This document shows, piece by piece, positions 1 to 10,620 of a stretch of 64,000 nucleotides of DNA. Each line of letters starts with the position of its first letter. The stretch's first letter is position 1. Made by a program: the position numbers and the translations under genes. The DNA comes from Sedimentisphaerales bacterium (GTDB lineage Bacteria > Planctomycetota > Phycisphaerae > Sedimentisphaerales > Anaerobacaceae): contig JBEKHA010000013.1 of the NCBI GenBank assembly GCA_050012515.1, positions 1,441-65,440 on the forward strand, given 5' to 3'. Under the pieces are notes generated by a model. That model worked only from the letters and a program-made list of their open reading frames with translations. It did not search any database and was not told the DNA's origin.

Positions 1-2940
1 ACCATTGCCGACGTCCGTAGTTGTTTGGCTCAAGCTGTCGGCACAGGTCCAGACCCTCCCGATACAAAGGTTCCGCCTCGGCCAGTTTACCCTCGTCACG
101 AAGAAAATCGGCAAGGTAAGTGAGCGGAAGGACCAGATCGGGCGACGGTGGCAACTTTCTCCTGGCCTCCAGGGTTTCCCGGTACAAGGATTCCGCCTCG
201 GTCAGCTTTCCTTGATTACGGAGAATAGTGCCAAGGCCGGTTACACAAAATTGCCGACGTTCGAAGTCGTTTGGCACAAGCCGTCGGCACAGGTCCAGTC
301 CCTCGCGATACAGCGGTTCCGCCTCGGCCAGTTTGCCCTCGTCACGAAGCAAATCAGCAAAACCGGCAAGTAAATCAAGCAACTGAACGCTACCAGATTC
401 ATTACCTTTTGATTTTCTCTGGAGTTCTATTGCCTCACGGTACATTACTTCGGCCTCGGACAGTTTACCCTCTTCGCGGAGCATGGTCGCGAGTTGGTTG
501 CGCGCCCAGGCGAATTCAATTGCCCATTGGCCTTCGAGTTTGGGGATGGTTGACAGGCATTCACGAAACATGGCTTCGGCTTCGGGGAGCTTGCCCTTTT
601 TGTGCAGAACCTCGCCGAGGTAATACATGCACAAAGCACTTTCGAAAGCACCTTCTGGAGTGCTACCGAATTTCAGCCTGCCGAACGTCGCCAGGGCCTC
701 ACGCCCGAGTTGTTCAGCTTCATCCAGCTTGCCTTCATTGTTCAGCACGATCGCAAGGATCATGCTTGGGTGAGCAACCAACAGACTCTCCGAACCCACC
801 AGTTTGCGTCGCATCGCTAGAATTGGGCGGAGGGTGGTTTCAGCTTCGTCCGGTTTGCCTTCATTAAGAAGCACTAGGCCCAGCACTAATTTCGACTCCC
901 CGAGGTGCGGATCGAGACCCTCCTCGCCCAGAAGCTTTTTCTGAATCCCCACTGCCTCTCGGGCAGCGGCCTCCGCCTCCTGCAGCCTGCGTTGTCTAAA
1001 GAGTGCCCAGGAAAGATCGCTCAGTGAGTAAGCCACATCCATGGACTCATTTCCCGACAGTTTTCTCCGCATGGCCAACGCGTGACGGCACAGTTCTTCG
1101 GCTTCGGTGTACCTGCCTTGAAGCAATCGAACCTTGCCCAACGTCGCCAGACACTCAGCGACTTTGAGGTGTTCTTTGCCGAGTAGGTTGGTGCGTATCG
1201 TAAGCACCTCCAGGACCAGTGGCTCGGCTTCGGCGGGTTTCGTCTGCCATTCGAGCGCATCGGCGAGATTTTCCAAAGAGTCCGCCACGTTGGTATTCAT
1301 ATTTCCCCATAAGGCCCGCCTGAGGGCCAACGCCGCACGGTGCATCTCTTCAGCCTCGGTATATTGACCAAGCTCCATGTACACCTCGCCGATCGTGCTC
1401 CGCAAGTCCGCTTCCACCTCGGGCGAATTCTTCAAATCCTTGCCCACCCGCTCTGCAGTCTTATCCAGGAGCAGCATCGTCGTATCTCGCCCCATGGCCA
1501 CCGAGGGACCGACCCCTTTGAGCATGTCCTTCAAAAACTGCGCCACCTGCTGGCTCTTGGCCGCCTCCGCCAGGGCCTTCTTCTCAGCGGCCACGGCCTG
1601 CTGACGGTCTTGCTTTTCCTTGAAAAACATCAACGTGGACAATCCCAGACCAACCACAAGCGCCGCTGTTATCAACGCCGCCGAGGCAAAAACCAGCTTG
1701 TTTCGCCGAACCAGTTTCCCAAGACGATAAACCCTGCTCGGCGGCCGGGCCGTCACCGTCTCGTTATTCAGGTAGTTCAAAACGTCGTGCGCCAGCCCGT
1801 TGGCTGTCTCATACCGCCGTGTCCTGTCCTTTTCCAGGCACTTCATCACAATCCAGTCCAAATCCCCCCGCACCACGTGAATCAGTTGGGGCGGCTCGGA
1901 ATGACGCCGTTTGGCAATCATCGTCTGATCGTCTGCATTCAAACTGCTGATTCGAGTCGATGGTCGAAGCGGCTCCTTTTCCCGGATTATCTTCCGCATC
2001 TCGTTGAGGCCTACCGCCGCCAGCTCCTTTGCGTCAAACGGCGTCTGGCCTGTAAGCAATTCATACAGCAGAACACCCAGCGCGTAAATGTCGCTGCGGG
2101 TGTCAACGTCCAATCCGCTCATCTCCGCCTGCTCAGGACTCATATAGGCAGGCGTCCCAATAAATTGCTCGTAGGCGGTAAACAGGGTTTTATCCGTCAG
2201 CATTTGTCCCGTAGTTGCCTTGGCGATGCCGAAGTCGATTATCTTGGGCACAGGCACGCCGTCGTGTAAAGTTACAAGGATGTTCGACGGCTTTATATCG
2301 CGGTGAATTATTCCCTTCTGATGCGCATGCTGCACGGCGTGACAGATTTGAACAAAAAGTTCCAATCGCTGCTCCGTCGAAAGGTTGTTCTGGTCGCAGT
2401 AGTCGGTAATCTTAATCCCCCTCACCAGCTCCATTACGAAGTATGGTCTGCCTGTCTCGGTTGACCCGGCATCAAGAACCTTAGCAATGTTGGGATGGTC
2501 CATAAGAGCCAGAGCCTGGCGTTCGGCCTCGAAACGCGCTATAACCTGCTTGGTATCCATGCCAAGCTTGATTATCTTGAAGGCCACGCGGCGGCGAATT
2601 GGCCGTTCCTGCTCGGCCATATAGACCACTCCGCAGCCGCCTTCACCTATCAACTGAAGCAGCTTGAACCGGCCAATCTTCGTACCGGGACCTTCGATTA
2701 CTGGTGCTGTCTCAAGCGTGCTGTTTAAACCTCCCTGTGGCGACTTATGATGACCTTTGTCTTCCAAGTAAACCTTGAGTAATGCTTCGACACGAGTCAG
2801 CAGCGCTGTGTCATCTCCACAGGCAGATTTGACAAAAGCGTCCCGCTCAGAAGGCGATTCTATCCTGATTGCCTCGTTGAAAATCGACGTCAGCTTAACT
2901 CCCTGCCCGTCCGGCTGATTATTATTTTTTCCCTCGTCAT
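1..2940 (-). CDS. Ser/Thr protein kinase with C-terminal TPR repeat array (3-prime partial, runs off window start)
   Basis: My own translation of the minus strand from the ATG at 2938-2940 (GGAGGG RBS upstream). Kinase motifs seen: 'IGEGGCGVVYMA', 'HRDIKPSNIL', 'DFGIAK', 'GTPAYMSPE'. A TM segment follows, then many ~41-aa TPR-like repeats. The frame stays open to position 1. Confidence 0.9.
4..372. repeat. Near-identical 246-bp (2 x 123-bp) periodic repeats encoding TPR units
   Basis: Positions ~4-115 and ~250-361 align at about 88 percent identity at an offset of 246 bp. The intervening unit shares the core 'ttccgcctcgg'. Confidence 0.8.
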
Positions 2941-3060
2941 TGCTCACGGAAATCCCTCCGGTTAAGCAACCTATATTCGATCGATTCACCACTTATAACC
3001 GACATTTCCAATATTAAACGCTTGGCTACGCAACGGAGCATATCAATCTTTTATTCCCTC

Positions 3061-3123
3061 AAGAGGCGATTTTGATGATACTCTTGTGCCGGTATCTGTA
3101 AAGAGAAAAAAAGAGATACTTTG
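3061..3123 (-). promoter_or_regulatory. Putative sigma70-type promoter (copy A of a conserved promoter/leader element)
   Basis: Minus strand: -35 TTTACA (3097-3102), 16-nt spacer, -10 TATCAT (3075-3080). The block is about 85 percent identical to 8519-8580. A second conserved block at 3001-3028 lies in the predicted 5-prime UTR of the kinase gene. Confidence 0.45.
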
Positions 3124-3426
3124 GCAGGTTCGATGACGATAGATGGAGTGATTTATAGGGATAAACGGCTTGAGGCGATAGAGCAAAGGCTTGACCTGCA
3201 TAAATAAATGCGCTATTTCGGTCAGATTTTAGGCCGATTTCCAAAAAAAGGTCTATGGTTCACCTTGAGCCGAGTTCGTAAAAGCTCAATGGGCCGTTGG
3301 CTCCGGCGCGGTGTTAGGCCACACATCATACGACATCACTGCGAAATCTGATCCGCGCTTGGAGTGTAAAGATAGAGCCGTCTCACGCCAAGTGTCGCCG
3401 CGGAGCCGATGCATCGCCGTCGGTGG

Positions 3427-4785
3427 TCAGGCCGGTTGGGCTTCTCCTTCGTCCTGGATGTAAGTCTTACCACGATAAAACCGGCTGACGAACAGGAACA
3501 ACACTGCCGTCACCAGCATGACCTTCACAAAGAAAAAGAAATAGCTCGCACCGGTCAGTTTCAGGCTGCCGTCTGGATTTTGGATGAAGAAATTCACCCC
3601 GGCCGTGAACACGTTGCCCAGAGCAATCGAGCCGAGATAGGTGCACATGACCAGCGACTTCATTTTCTTTGGCGCTTGCGTGTAGGCAAATTCCAGGTGC
3701 GTCACCGAAAGCATCACTTCGCCCGCCGTCAGCACGACGAAGGCGAGGATTTGCCAAAGGATGTGCGGTTGCTGGCCGGCATCAATCCGCGTCTGGATCC
3801 ACCCGACAATCAGGAAGGACACGATGACCGCCCACAGGCCCGCGCCAAACCGCCGGAGCGGCGTCACTTTCACGAACCGCGCGACCGTGGGATAGATCAC
3901 GTAGGAAAACAGTGGCAGCATGATGAGGATGAAGACGGGATTCACCGTCTGGATTTGTGCCGGCAGCCAGTCAATGCCGAACAGGTGCCGGTCCATCTTC
4001 TCCGACTGCACGACCCACGAAGAGAAATTCTGCTGCCACAACGACCAGAACATGGCGGCAAACGGAACGAGAATTAACAGGTTCAGGAGCGCCTTCAGAT
4101 TTTCACGCTGGAAAAGCTCCCGCGTGTAATTGCCCAATCCGGCGGGAGGAATGTGGACGAATTTCCGGCGTCCCATCCAGAAGACCACCGTGGCGATGAG
4201 CATGGCAATGCCTGGCACGCCAAAGGCAATCCTCGGTCCCACGCGGTCCAGCAATTCAGGAATGAGAATCGTGGAAAATGCCGAGCCGAGGTTGATCGAA
4301 AAGTAGAACCAGTTGAACATTCGCGGCATCAAGTGCTGGTTGGCGGCGCCAAACTGGTCGCCCACGTTGGCGCTGACGCACGGCTTGATGCCGCCGGCGC
4401 CGAGGGCAATCAGCCCCAGCCCGAGGACGAGCCCCAGCCGGGTATCGTTCATCGCAAGGGCGAAATGGCCGAAGCAATAAACGACGGACAGAATCAGGAC
4501 GATGAGATACTTGCCGAACACCGCGTCGGCGAGGAACGCGCCGAGGATGGGCAGAAAATAGATGGCCGAAACGAACGTGTGATACCAGGCGTCGGCCTGC
4601 GCGTCGGTCATGTGATCCGGCCGGCCCTGGGTGTTCATCAGATACTGGGTCATGAAAATCACCAGGATGGAATTCATGCCGTAATAACTGAACCGCTCGG
4701 CCGCTTCGTTGCCGACGATGTAGGGAATGCCCGGCGGCATCTTGTCGGTTTTCAACGGCAAGGTGAGGTATTTGGATTTAGTCAT
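3427..4785 (-). CDS. Proton-dependent oligopeptide transporter (POT/PTR2 family di/tripeptide permease)
   Basis: 452 aa and polytopic. PTR2 signature 'GNEAAERFSYYGM' near the N-terminus. MFS-like hydrophobic pattern. Confidence 0.88.
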   Translation of the reverse strand: MTKSKYLTLPLKTDKMPPGIPYIVGNEAAERFSYYGMNSILVIFMTQYLMNTQGRPDHMTDAQADAWYHTFVSAIYFLPILGAFLADAVFGKYLIVLILSVVYCFGHFALAMNDTRLGLVLGLGLIALGAGGIKPCVSANVGDQFGAANQHLMPRMFNWFYFSINLGSAFSTILIPELLDRVGPRIAFGVPGIAMLIATVVFWMGRRKFVHIPPAGLGNYTRELFQRENLKALLNLLILVPFAAMFWSLWQQNFSSWVVQSEKMDRHLFGIDWLPAQIQTVNPVFILIMLPLFSYVIYPTVARFVKVTPLRRFGAGLWAVIVSFLIVGWIQTRIDAGQQPHILWQILAFVVLTAGEVMLSVTHLEFAYTQAPKKMKSLVMCTYLGSIALGNVFTAGVNFFIQNPDGSLKLTGASYFFFFVKVMLVTAVLFLFVSRFYRGKTYIQDEGEAQPA

Positions 4786-4854
4786 TTGGCCAGTCCCAAA
4801 TCCGCACGTCGGACGAATTTTTTTTATAGTACGGGAGCACGTATGTTAGCATCG

Positions 4855-6930
4855 CTACTTTGCTCCCGTTACCGGCTGCGCCAGGTATTGGTCCAGCCAC
4901 TCGATCCAGCGCCGATAGATGTCGCGGTAGCGGACGGGATCTTTGGGGTGGTGACCGCTGGTTGGGTAGGCGATAAACTTCGTGGGCACACCGTTGTCAC
5001 GGAGCGCGTGGTAGAGTTTATACGACTGCGTGATCGGCACCCGCTCATCGCCCGTGTCGGAAAGGATGAGCGTCGGCGTCCGGATATTGGCGGCGTAAGT
5101 AATGGGCGATTGTTCGACATAGGTTTTGGCCCGGTCGCCAACCCACGGCGAGCCGCCCAGGAGATAGCGGTCCTGAACACCGCAGTCGGACAGACTATTA
5201 TCCTCCAACCAATCCGTCACAGCCGCCCCGGCGATGGCCGTTTTCCAGACTTGATAATGCCCGACCAACCAGACGGTCATATAGCCGCCATAGGACCAGC
5301 CGGTGACGGCAATTCGGTTTGTGTCCACGAACCCGCGCTGCTCCACCGCCGCCAGCCCAGCCATCACATCCCGGCCAGGTCCGTCTCCGGTGTCATTGAC
5401 GATTGCCGTCTCATAAGCGTTCCCCAGATTATCGCTGCCACGATAGTTGGGTCGGAATACCACATACCCGTGTGCGGCGATCAATTGCCCCCATTCATTG
5501 AAAGCCTCGGTTGTGGCCCATTCGGGTCCACCGTGGATGAGCAAAACCAGCGGATACTTGTTCCCCGGCGCAAAATCAGGGGGATAAATCAAAATCCCAT
5601 CTTCGTGCCAGCCATCCGGCCCCTGCCACTCAATCGCCTCAACGTTCCCGAGCGCCAAAGCAGCAATCGGTTCGTTGAATCGCGTGAGCTGGCGCGGGGG
5701 CGCACTGGGCGAGCTCATGTAGTACAGCTCGAGCGGACTGTGTGCGTGGCTTCCCACGAACGCAATTGAGTTGTCTTTGCCCACGTTTATTTCGAAGGAT
5801 TCGGAATAAAATCCATCCGGATTGAGATTTCCAAGATCAAGCCGGCGCGCCTCGCCTTCAAGTGGCTGGAGCCAGGCCGAAACACGCGTGCCGTCATACG
5901 CCACTACCAGCAACGATTTGCCGTCGGGCATCCAAAGGGATTTCCCAATATCACGGTCGAGCGGCCGGGTGAGGTTCTTGTCTTCTCCTCCCGCTGCGGG
6001 GGCGACGTGAATCTCGCTGACGCTGGTCCATAGTCCATCACGCGGGTACGAATAGGCAATTGACGAACCGTCAGGGGAATACGCCGGCCAGCTTTCATTA
6101 GTGGTGTGTTTGGTCAGTGGCCGCGTCGCGCCGCTGGCGACATCGAGAACGTTGACGGCAATCAGATCGTTGTCACCGAAATGCGGGGTCGCCTGCCGCG
6201 TGAACGCAATCGAGTTGCCGTCGGGAGACCAAGACAAAGGTACTACGACATCTTGGACAGTCAGACTCCATGTGCCCGAGGTCAACCGGCGCGGCTGACC
6301 GCCCTGTGCCGAAATCAGCCAGATGTGCGAGGGTGTTGCTGCGGCGGCAGTAAGGAAACTATCGTCCCCAATTTCGAAGGCATCGTCGCCTTTCTCAATC
6401 TGCTGCTTGTTTTCCGGTTCGTCGGCGGTCACAAAGGCGATATCCTTGCCGTCGGGCCGCCAGGTGAAATGCTGGACGCCGTTGGTGACACTCGTGAGCC
6501 GGAGCGCATCGCCACCATTCATCGGCATGACGAAGAGCTGAGCCTTTTCTTCCTTGCCGGGCCCCGGCTTCGCGGCCTTTTCTTCCTTGCCGGGCCCCGG
6601 TTTCGCGAGAAAGGCGAGCCGGTCTCCCGAGGGTGACCAGCGTGGCTGCTCGACACCTTGCCTATCCCGTGTAAGGGTGTGTTGCCCGGCGGTGGCGATG
6701 TCCACCAGCACCAACGCGCTGTCATAGCGTTTCTCGTCGTAGTTCGGACGCGATACGACGATCACAATCGACTTGCCGTCCGGCGAAATCTGCGGATCAG
6801 AAATGCTGACCATCCTCGCTAGGTCGGCAATCGCAAAACGATTCGTTTGCGGGAGTTCTCCCCCGGATGTGTTTGCCAAAGCAAAGAATACGAGAATTGC
6901 AGAAAAAGTAGTCTTCATAGGCGTATCCAT
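4855..6930 (-). CDS. S9 family serine peptidase (prolyl oligopeptidase / acylaminoacyl-peptidase-like) with N-terminal beta-propeller, secreted
   Basis: 691 aa. Signal-peptide-like N-terminus. Propeller repeats of the 'SPDG' type. Nucleophile elbow 'GWSYGG'. C-terminal 'D...GHH'. GGAGGAG RBS 7 nt before the ATG. Confidence 0.88.
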   Translation of the reverse strand: MDTPMKTTFSAILVFFALANTSGGELPQTNRFAIADLARMVSISDPQISPDGKSIVIVVSRPNYDEKRYDSALVLVDIATAGQHTLTRDRQGVEQPRWSPSGDRLAFLAKPGPGKEEKAAKPGPGKEEKAQLFVMPMNGGDALRLTSVTNGVQHFTWRPDGKDIAFVTADEPENKQQIEKGDDAFEIGDDSFLTAAAATPSHIWLISAQGGQPRRLTSGTWSLTVQDVVVPLSWSPDGNSIAFTRQATPHFGDNDLIAVNVLDVASGATRPLTKHTTNESWPAYSPDGSSIAYSYPRDGLWTSVSEIHVAPAAGGEDKNLTRPLDRDIGKSLWMPDGKSLLVVAYDGTRVSAWLQPLEGEARRLDLGNLNPDGFYSESFEINVGKDNSIAFVGSHAHSPLELYYMSSPSAPPRQLTRFNEPIAALALGNVEAIEWQGPDGWHEDGILIYPPDFAPGNKYPLVLLIHGGPEWATTEAFNEWGQLIAAHGYVVFRPNYRGSDNLGNAYETAIVNDTGDGPGRDVMAGLAAVEQRGFVDTNRIAVTGWSYGGYMTVWLVGHYQVWKTAIAGAAVTDWLEDNSLSDCGVQDRYLLGGSPWVGDRAKTYVEQSPITYAANIRTPTLILSDTGDERVPITQSYKLYHALRDNGVPTKFIAYPTSGHHPKDPVRYRDIYRRWIEWLDQYLAQPVTGAK
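6543..6608. repeat. 33-bp in-frame tandem duplication inside the S9 peptidase gene
   Basis: The unit 'ccttttcttccttgccgggccccggYttcgcgR' occurs twice back to back. It encodes 'AKPGPGKEEKA' x2. Confidence 0.9.
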
Positions 6931-6931
6931 A

Positions 6932-8425
6932 TCACCGCTCCTCCCCCCCAGCGAATGTGGTCCACGGTTCCGAGGGGCGGCTCTGCAAAATGTCCTTCAT
7001 CCATTCATATTGCGGATGTTCCGCCAGGAATTTATGTGAATCAAAAGCCATGCCGCAGGCCGACCCCCACCGCGCCGCAAAACTCATCTGCCTGGCCATC
7101 TTTGTATCTACGACCTTCGCATCGATTGTGCCGAAGGGGCAATTCGGTTCCGTAGGCCATTGCTGAATGGGTTTGCGCTCCAGATCGCAATGGGCGCATA
7201 GTGACCGCTCGCCCGGGTGCTCTTCGCCGAGATATGCGTCGAAATGGTCGGCCTCGAACAGTTTGGCGGCTTCCACATCAATCCTGCCCGCGTACTGCGA
7301 CATGAGTTGCTTCCACCGCACGCGTCGGGCAACGTCCGATTCACGAATGTCGGTCTCGTGTAAACTGGTCTCGAACCTCAAGATCTTCAAATCCTCGGCA
7401 GCGTTGGAGCCGACAAAGTAGCCGTCGCGCTTCTTCTCAAACCCGACGTATTTCAGTCCAAGTTCAAGCCGCGCGATTTCGCCCGTGTTTACCTCGCCCA
7501 GCAGCCAAGCATTGGCAAGGCCGCCGTTGTTGCCGCGCTTCATAATGGCGCACCACTCCTCGATCGAGTTGGCATCCTGGGTGGCGCGGCGCATTCGGGA
7601 AAATTCCGGGACACCTTTTGGATCGATGCCTTCGTCGTAGGGATAAATCGTGGTCTCCGCTCCCACCAAACCCGCGTCGGTGATGAAGAAATCCGTCCCG
7701 CTGGAGATCCAGCCAGGGAAAGTTTGCATGAGGATCCGGTGGCCCTTCTCAGGGACAATGTCGATGATGACGTTTGGAAGCGGAAAGTAGTAAGAGTTCA
7801 TCGTGTTGTGTCCGAGGACAATGCCGCCGTCAGCCGTTATGCTGCCGGTGGCGATGAACGCACTGCAGGATTGATGCGCCGGATTCACTTTTCCTTCTTT
7901 GATCTTCTTCAGCTCCTCCGGCCACCAGTACCAGTCCAACTCCAGGTAGCCGTTGTACGCTATAATTTCGGCCCGCGATGAAGGAACACCAGCAGCCCGC
8001 ATACCCTCGACGATCCCATCCAGCTCGGCGAGGTTCTCCTTGTCAATCTTCCGTGCGAACATCGCGCTGGCCTTCTCCAAAAGCCAACTCCACTTCGTCG
8101 CACTCTCGTACTCCCAGTCAGTGCGGGTGGCCTTGATGCCTTGAGCGATTTCTTTGGCCAGAAGATAGCCGTGCTGGAAACCACGTTGTCGCGGGGTCCC
8201 TTCAATGTGCAAATAGACCCAGCCAGCTCTCTCGTGTCTGTTCGCCTTGCTCAGCCACGACTGCTGGACTTCGGTCAGAGAAGGGGCGGTCAACGATACG
8301 CTTTGTCGCGTATTCGCGCAACCAACGAGAAGAAATGTGATCGGCGATACTGTCAGAATGCAAAAAACCGAAACAAACAGGTAAAAACCAACCCCTCGCC
8401 CCCATCGTCGAATTTGAACGTTCAT
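6932..8425 (-). CDS. Ntn-hydrolase-like lipoprotein (peptidase C45 / phospholipase B-like family)
   Basis: The ORF is 6932..8440, but the GGAGG RBS favours the second ATG at 8425. Lipobox 'LLVGC'. Candidate N-terminal-nucleophile Cys in 'HQSCSAFIATGS'. The family call is from motif memory only. Confidence 0.6.
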   Translation of the reverse strand: MNVQIRRWGRGVGFYLFVSVFCILTVSPITFLLVGCANTRQSVSLTAPSLTEVQQSWLSKANRHERAGWVYLHIEGTPRQRGFQHGYLLAKEIAQGIKATRTDWEYESATKWSWLLEKASAMFARKIDKENLAELDGIVEGMRAAGVPSSRAEIIAYNGYLELDWYWWPEELKKIKEGKVNPAHQSCSAFIATGSITADGGIVLGHNTMNSYYFPLPNVIIDIVPEKGHRILMQTFPGWISSGTDFFITDAGLVGAETTIYPYDEGIDPKGVPEFSRMRRATQDANSIEEWCAIMKRGNNGGLANAWLLGEVNTGEIARLELGLKYVGFEKKRDGYFVGSNAAEDLKILRFETSLHETDIRESDVARRVRWKQLMSQYAGRIDVEAAKLFEADHFDAYLGEEHPGERSLCAHCDLERKPIQQWPTEPNCPFGTIDAKVVDTKMARQMSFAARWGSACGMAFDSHKFLAEHPQYEWMKDILQSRPSEPWTTFAGGEER

Positions 8426-8518
8426 TCGATTTTCCTCCATACTAAAGTATCAACTGACATTCCCATATTAAACGCTGGGCTACCCAGCCAAGCCCTCTTT
8501 GCCTTTTGCCCCCCAGCC

Positions 8519-8580
8519 AAAGGCGATTTTGAGGATACCCTTTTGCCGGTGTCTGTCAAGAGAAAAAATCGAGGTATTTT
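8519..8580 (-). promoter_or_regulatory. Putative sigma70-type promoter (copy B of the conserved promoter/leader element)
   Basis: Minus strand: -35 TTGACA (8554-8559), 16-nt spacer, -10 TATCCT (8532-8537). Conserved with 3061-3123. The second conserved block 8456-8482 matches 3001-3028. Confidence 0.45.
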
Positions 8581-8946
8581 ACCGCCTTCTGTAAAAATAT
8601 TCATCCCACTCATCAGGCAGCCCAGTAGTATAAAAAATTTCGCCCGATGTTAAGTCCTTCGAACAGCTGTTCTTACAAGCAGCTTATTTCATTGAAATTT
8701 GTCGACTTCCCCTCGGAGAACAGAACACACAGTCTCGGTATCGTATCTCTGGACAGAACCAGGCACCGCTCATCCAGAGAGCTAGTGACCTTCCCCCCAA
8801 AAACTGGTCCATTCCAAATGAGATTAAATTTTTTATAATCTCATTTTTGGAAAGGATTCGGAAATGCAAAAGACCAGGACACAAGTTTTTGTCCGAGATG
8901 TGCTGTGCATTTTCGCCGTATACGGGAGCACTTTTCAGATAGCAAC

Positions 8947-10620
8947 TCACTTAGCTTTCAACAGACCGTATGGGTTAGGGATAACCACTCCGTCTTGGAT
9001 AAAATAATCATTGGGGTTAGAACTCGGCCCACCACCTCTACATGCCTCCATAGCTGTTTTAACCGTTTTCCTATCAACCTCATTGGATGACAAGGCGAGC
9101 GCAACAGCCATTTCGAGGGCGTCGAGTCCATCATCAAAATTCCCCTTCGGGAAATAACGGCACTCTTCCAACAGTTGCCTGTGCCTTTTGCTGAATTGAA
9201 GTGAACCGCCCTTTGTCCAGACCTTCATGCCCTTAATCCTCGCTATCTTGTTACCCCTACTGGTAATCGGCTCAACCCTTATTCTGATACCGAGATTCCT
9301 CGCCTTCTCCTCCACAAGCCCGACAAGTACCTTTTGAAAATTATTCGCTTCGATGCCGAACTTTACAAAGTTGTATCTTGTGGCGTACGCCAGGATATCA
9401 CCTACAATTTCGTCCACCGGCCGGCGCTTGATATCCGCGACAATTACAAAGAATGTTTTGCTGGCTCCTTTTACTCTCGCCAGGACTATTATGGCCGAAA
9501 AGTCCCCCTTGTTGACGCTCTCTCCAAGGCTCGGGTCGCAGGCACCGTAGAATTCCACATCGTTGCCGAACGACCTTAATAAATCATCCAGGGACCTCCC
9601 ATTCTCATCCCAGTAATGAAACTCGTCTGTATTAAAGGTAATCCGGCTAGGATCCAGCGGCATATTTTGCATTTCACTCAGGAAGCTGTACCCGTTTTGC
9701 TCGCGCATACACATTAGTTCATAGAGCGTATGCCGTTCCGGCCACAAAAGCACGGCACCCCTGTCCATTTCGGCCTTGCTTGCCATATAATACTTCACTG
9801 CCCCTTCAGGTCCAAAAACGTCCCCATAGCCCTGCTTGCTATTGTAAATGTCGCTCCAATGACCCCACAGGTCCATGCGATCAGGCATCTGCTCGATAGC
9901 GGCGTAGCGCATCTGGATCCACTGGTTTCCCTTTGACTCGCTCATGTAATCGCCCAGGAGACAATGAGGATGATAGAGGTTGCCGATGAAAATGAAATTT
10001 GTCTTCTCGGAACCTGCCATAAGGATAGATTTCTCAAAGATATCCTTCAGCTTCTCCCGCGATTCAGACGAGAAGGTGTTATCAGCATTTTCAAGGTCGT
10101 CTGCGATAATCAGGGTGGGCCTGTCTGCGCCCGAGCGTCTCCCCCTAATTTTCTGACCCGACCCGAGGGCCAGCACCTGAATCTTGTTTCCGGTTACGAT
10201 ACTTTCCTTGTGCCAGTGTGCCAACCTCGATAAAGCGCTTGTCTTGCAAATCTCAGGAAAAGCCCTCACAAGCTCGTCGTTATCCATAAGCTCCTTTTTG
10301 ATGTTGGCTAAAATCTGTGTTACCTGCGATGCCGTATGGGAAACAAGCACGATAAAACGCTCCTTCTCATAGCAAATACAATAGAGGACGTAGATCAGGG
10401 TAATCAGTGTTGACTTGCCGAACCCCCGCGGTGCGGCTATCACCACTTTCCTGCCGCGTTTATTTGTAATGGCATAAAGTGTGTTGTAGATGTCCCTGTG
10501 GGCCTTTGAGGTCTTATACCCAAGATAATGCGGCAGAAACAGCTTTGCGAACGCCAATATCGACTTGCTGCCCTGCTCCCTCTTAATCCGTATCGCCTGA
10601 TCCAATAAATCATTCTTCAT
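8947..10620 (-). CDS. Phage terminase large subunit
   Basis: Walker A-like 'AAPRGFGKST'. Walker B 'LIIADDLE'. C-terminal RNaseH-like nuclease region ('FYGACDPS'). AAGGAG RBS before the ATG at 10620; the track ORF starts earlier, at 10680. Confidence 0.8.
   Translation of the reverse strand: MKNDLLDQAIRIKREQGSKSILAFAKLFLPHYLGYKTSKAHRDIYNTLYAITNKRGRKVVIAAPRGFGKSTLITLIYVLYCICYEKERFIVLVSHTASQVTQILANIKKELMDNDELVRAFPEICKTSALSRLAHWHKESIVTGNKIQVLALGSGQKIRGRRSGADRPTLIIADDLENADNTFSSESREKLKDIFEKSILMAGSEKTNFIFIGNLYHPHCLLGDYMSESKGNQWIQMRYAAIEQMPDRMDLWGHWSDIYNSKQGYGDVFGPEGAVKYYMASKAEMDRGAVLLWPERHTLYELMCMREQNGYSFLSEMQNMPLDPSRITFNTDEFHYWDENGRSLDDLLRSFGNDVEFYGACDPSLGESVNKGDFSAIIVLARVKGASKTFFVIVADIKRRPVDEIVGDILAYATRYNFVKFGIEANNFQKVLVGLVEEKARNLGIRIRVEPITSRGNKIARIKGMKVWTKGGSLQFSKRHRQLLEECRYFPKGNFDDGLDALEMAVALALSSNEVDRKTVKTAMEACRGGGPSSNPNDYFIQDGVVIPNPYGLLKAK

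Noticed and set aside
3059-3244. 61-aa minus-strand ORF upstream of the kinase gene
   Set aside because: It overlaps the conserved promoter/leader block, has no RBS and has an implausible composition. It is better explained as non-coding regulatory DNA.
4153-5769. 538-aa plus-strand ORF, with similar long plus-strand ORFs at 1340..2269, 3409..4077, 50503..51294 and 58726..59694
   Set aside because: They lie antisense to well-supported minus-strand genes (POT, S9 peptidase, kinase, rpoC, rplK/nusG). Their Arg/His/Pro/Gly-rich, low-complexity translations are typical of shadow ORFs in GC-moderate DNA. No RBS or motifs were seen.
8422-8950. Small ORFs (63-88 aa, both strands) between the C45-like gene and the terminase
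   Set aside because: They overlap one another, have no RBS and give low-complexity translations. The region is treated as the island boundary and intergenic.
8600-8950. A third copy of the tRNA-derived 24-bp repeat that would bound the serine-recombinase element
   Set aside because: I read the region and found no match to 'cctccgacctccgggttatgg'. Only a weak resemblance ('aaaggattcggaa') was seen. Serine recombinases use very short crossover cores, so no visible repeat is expected.
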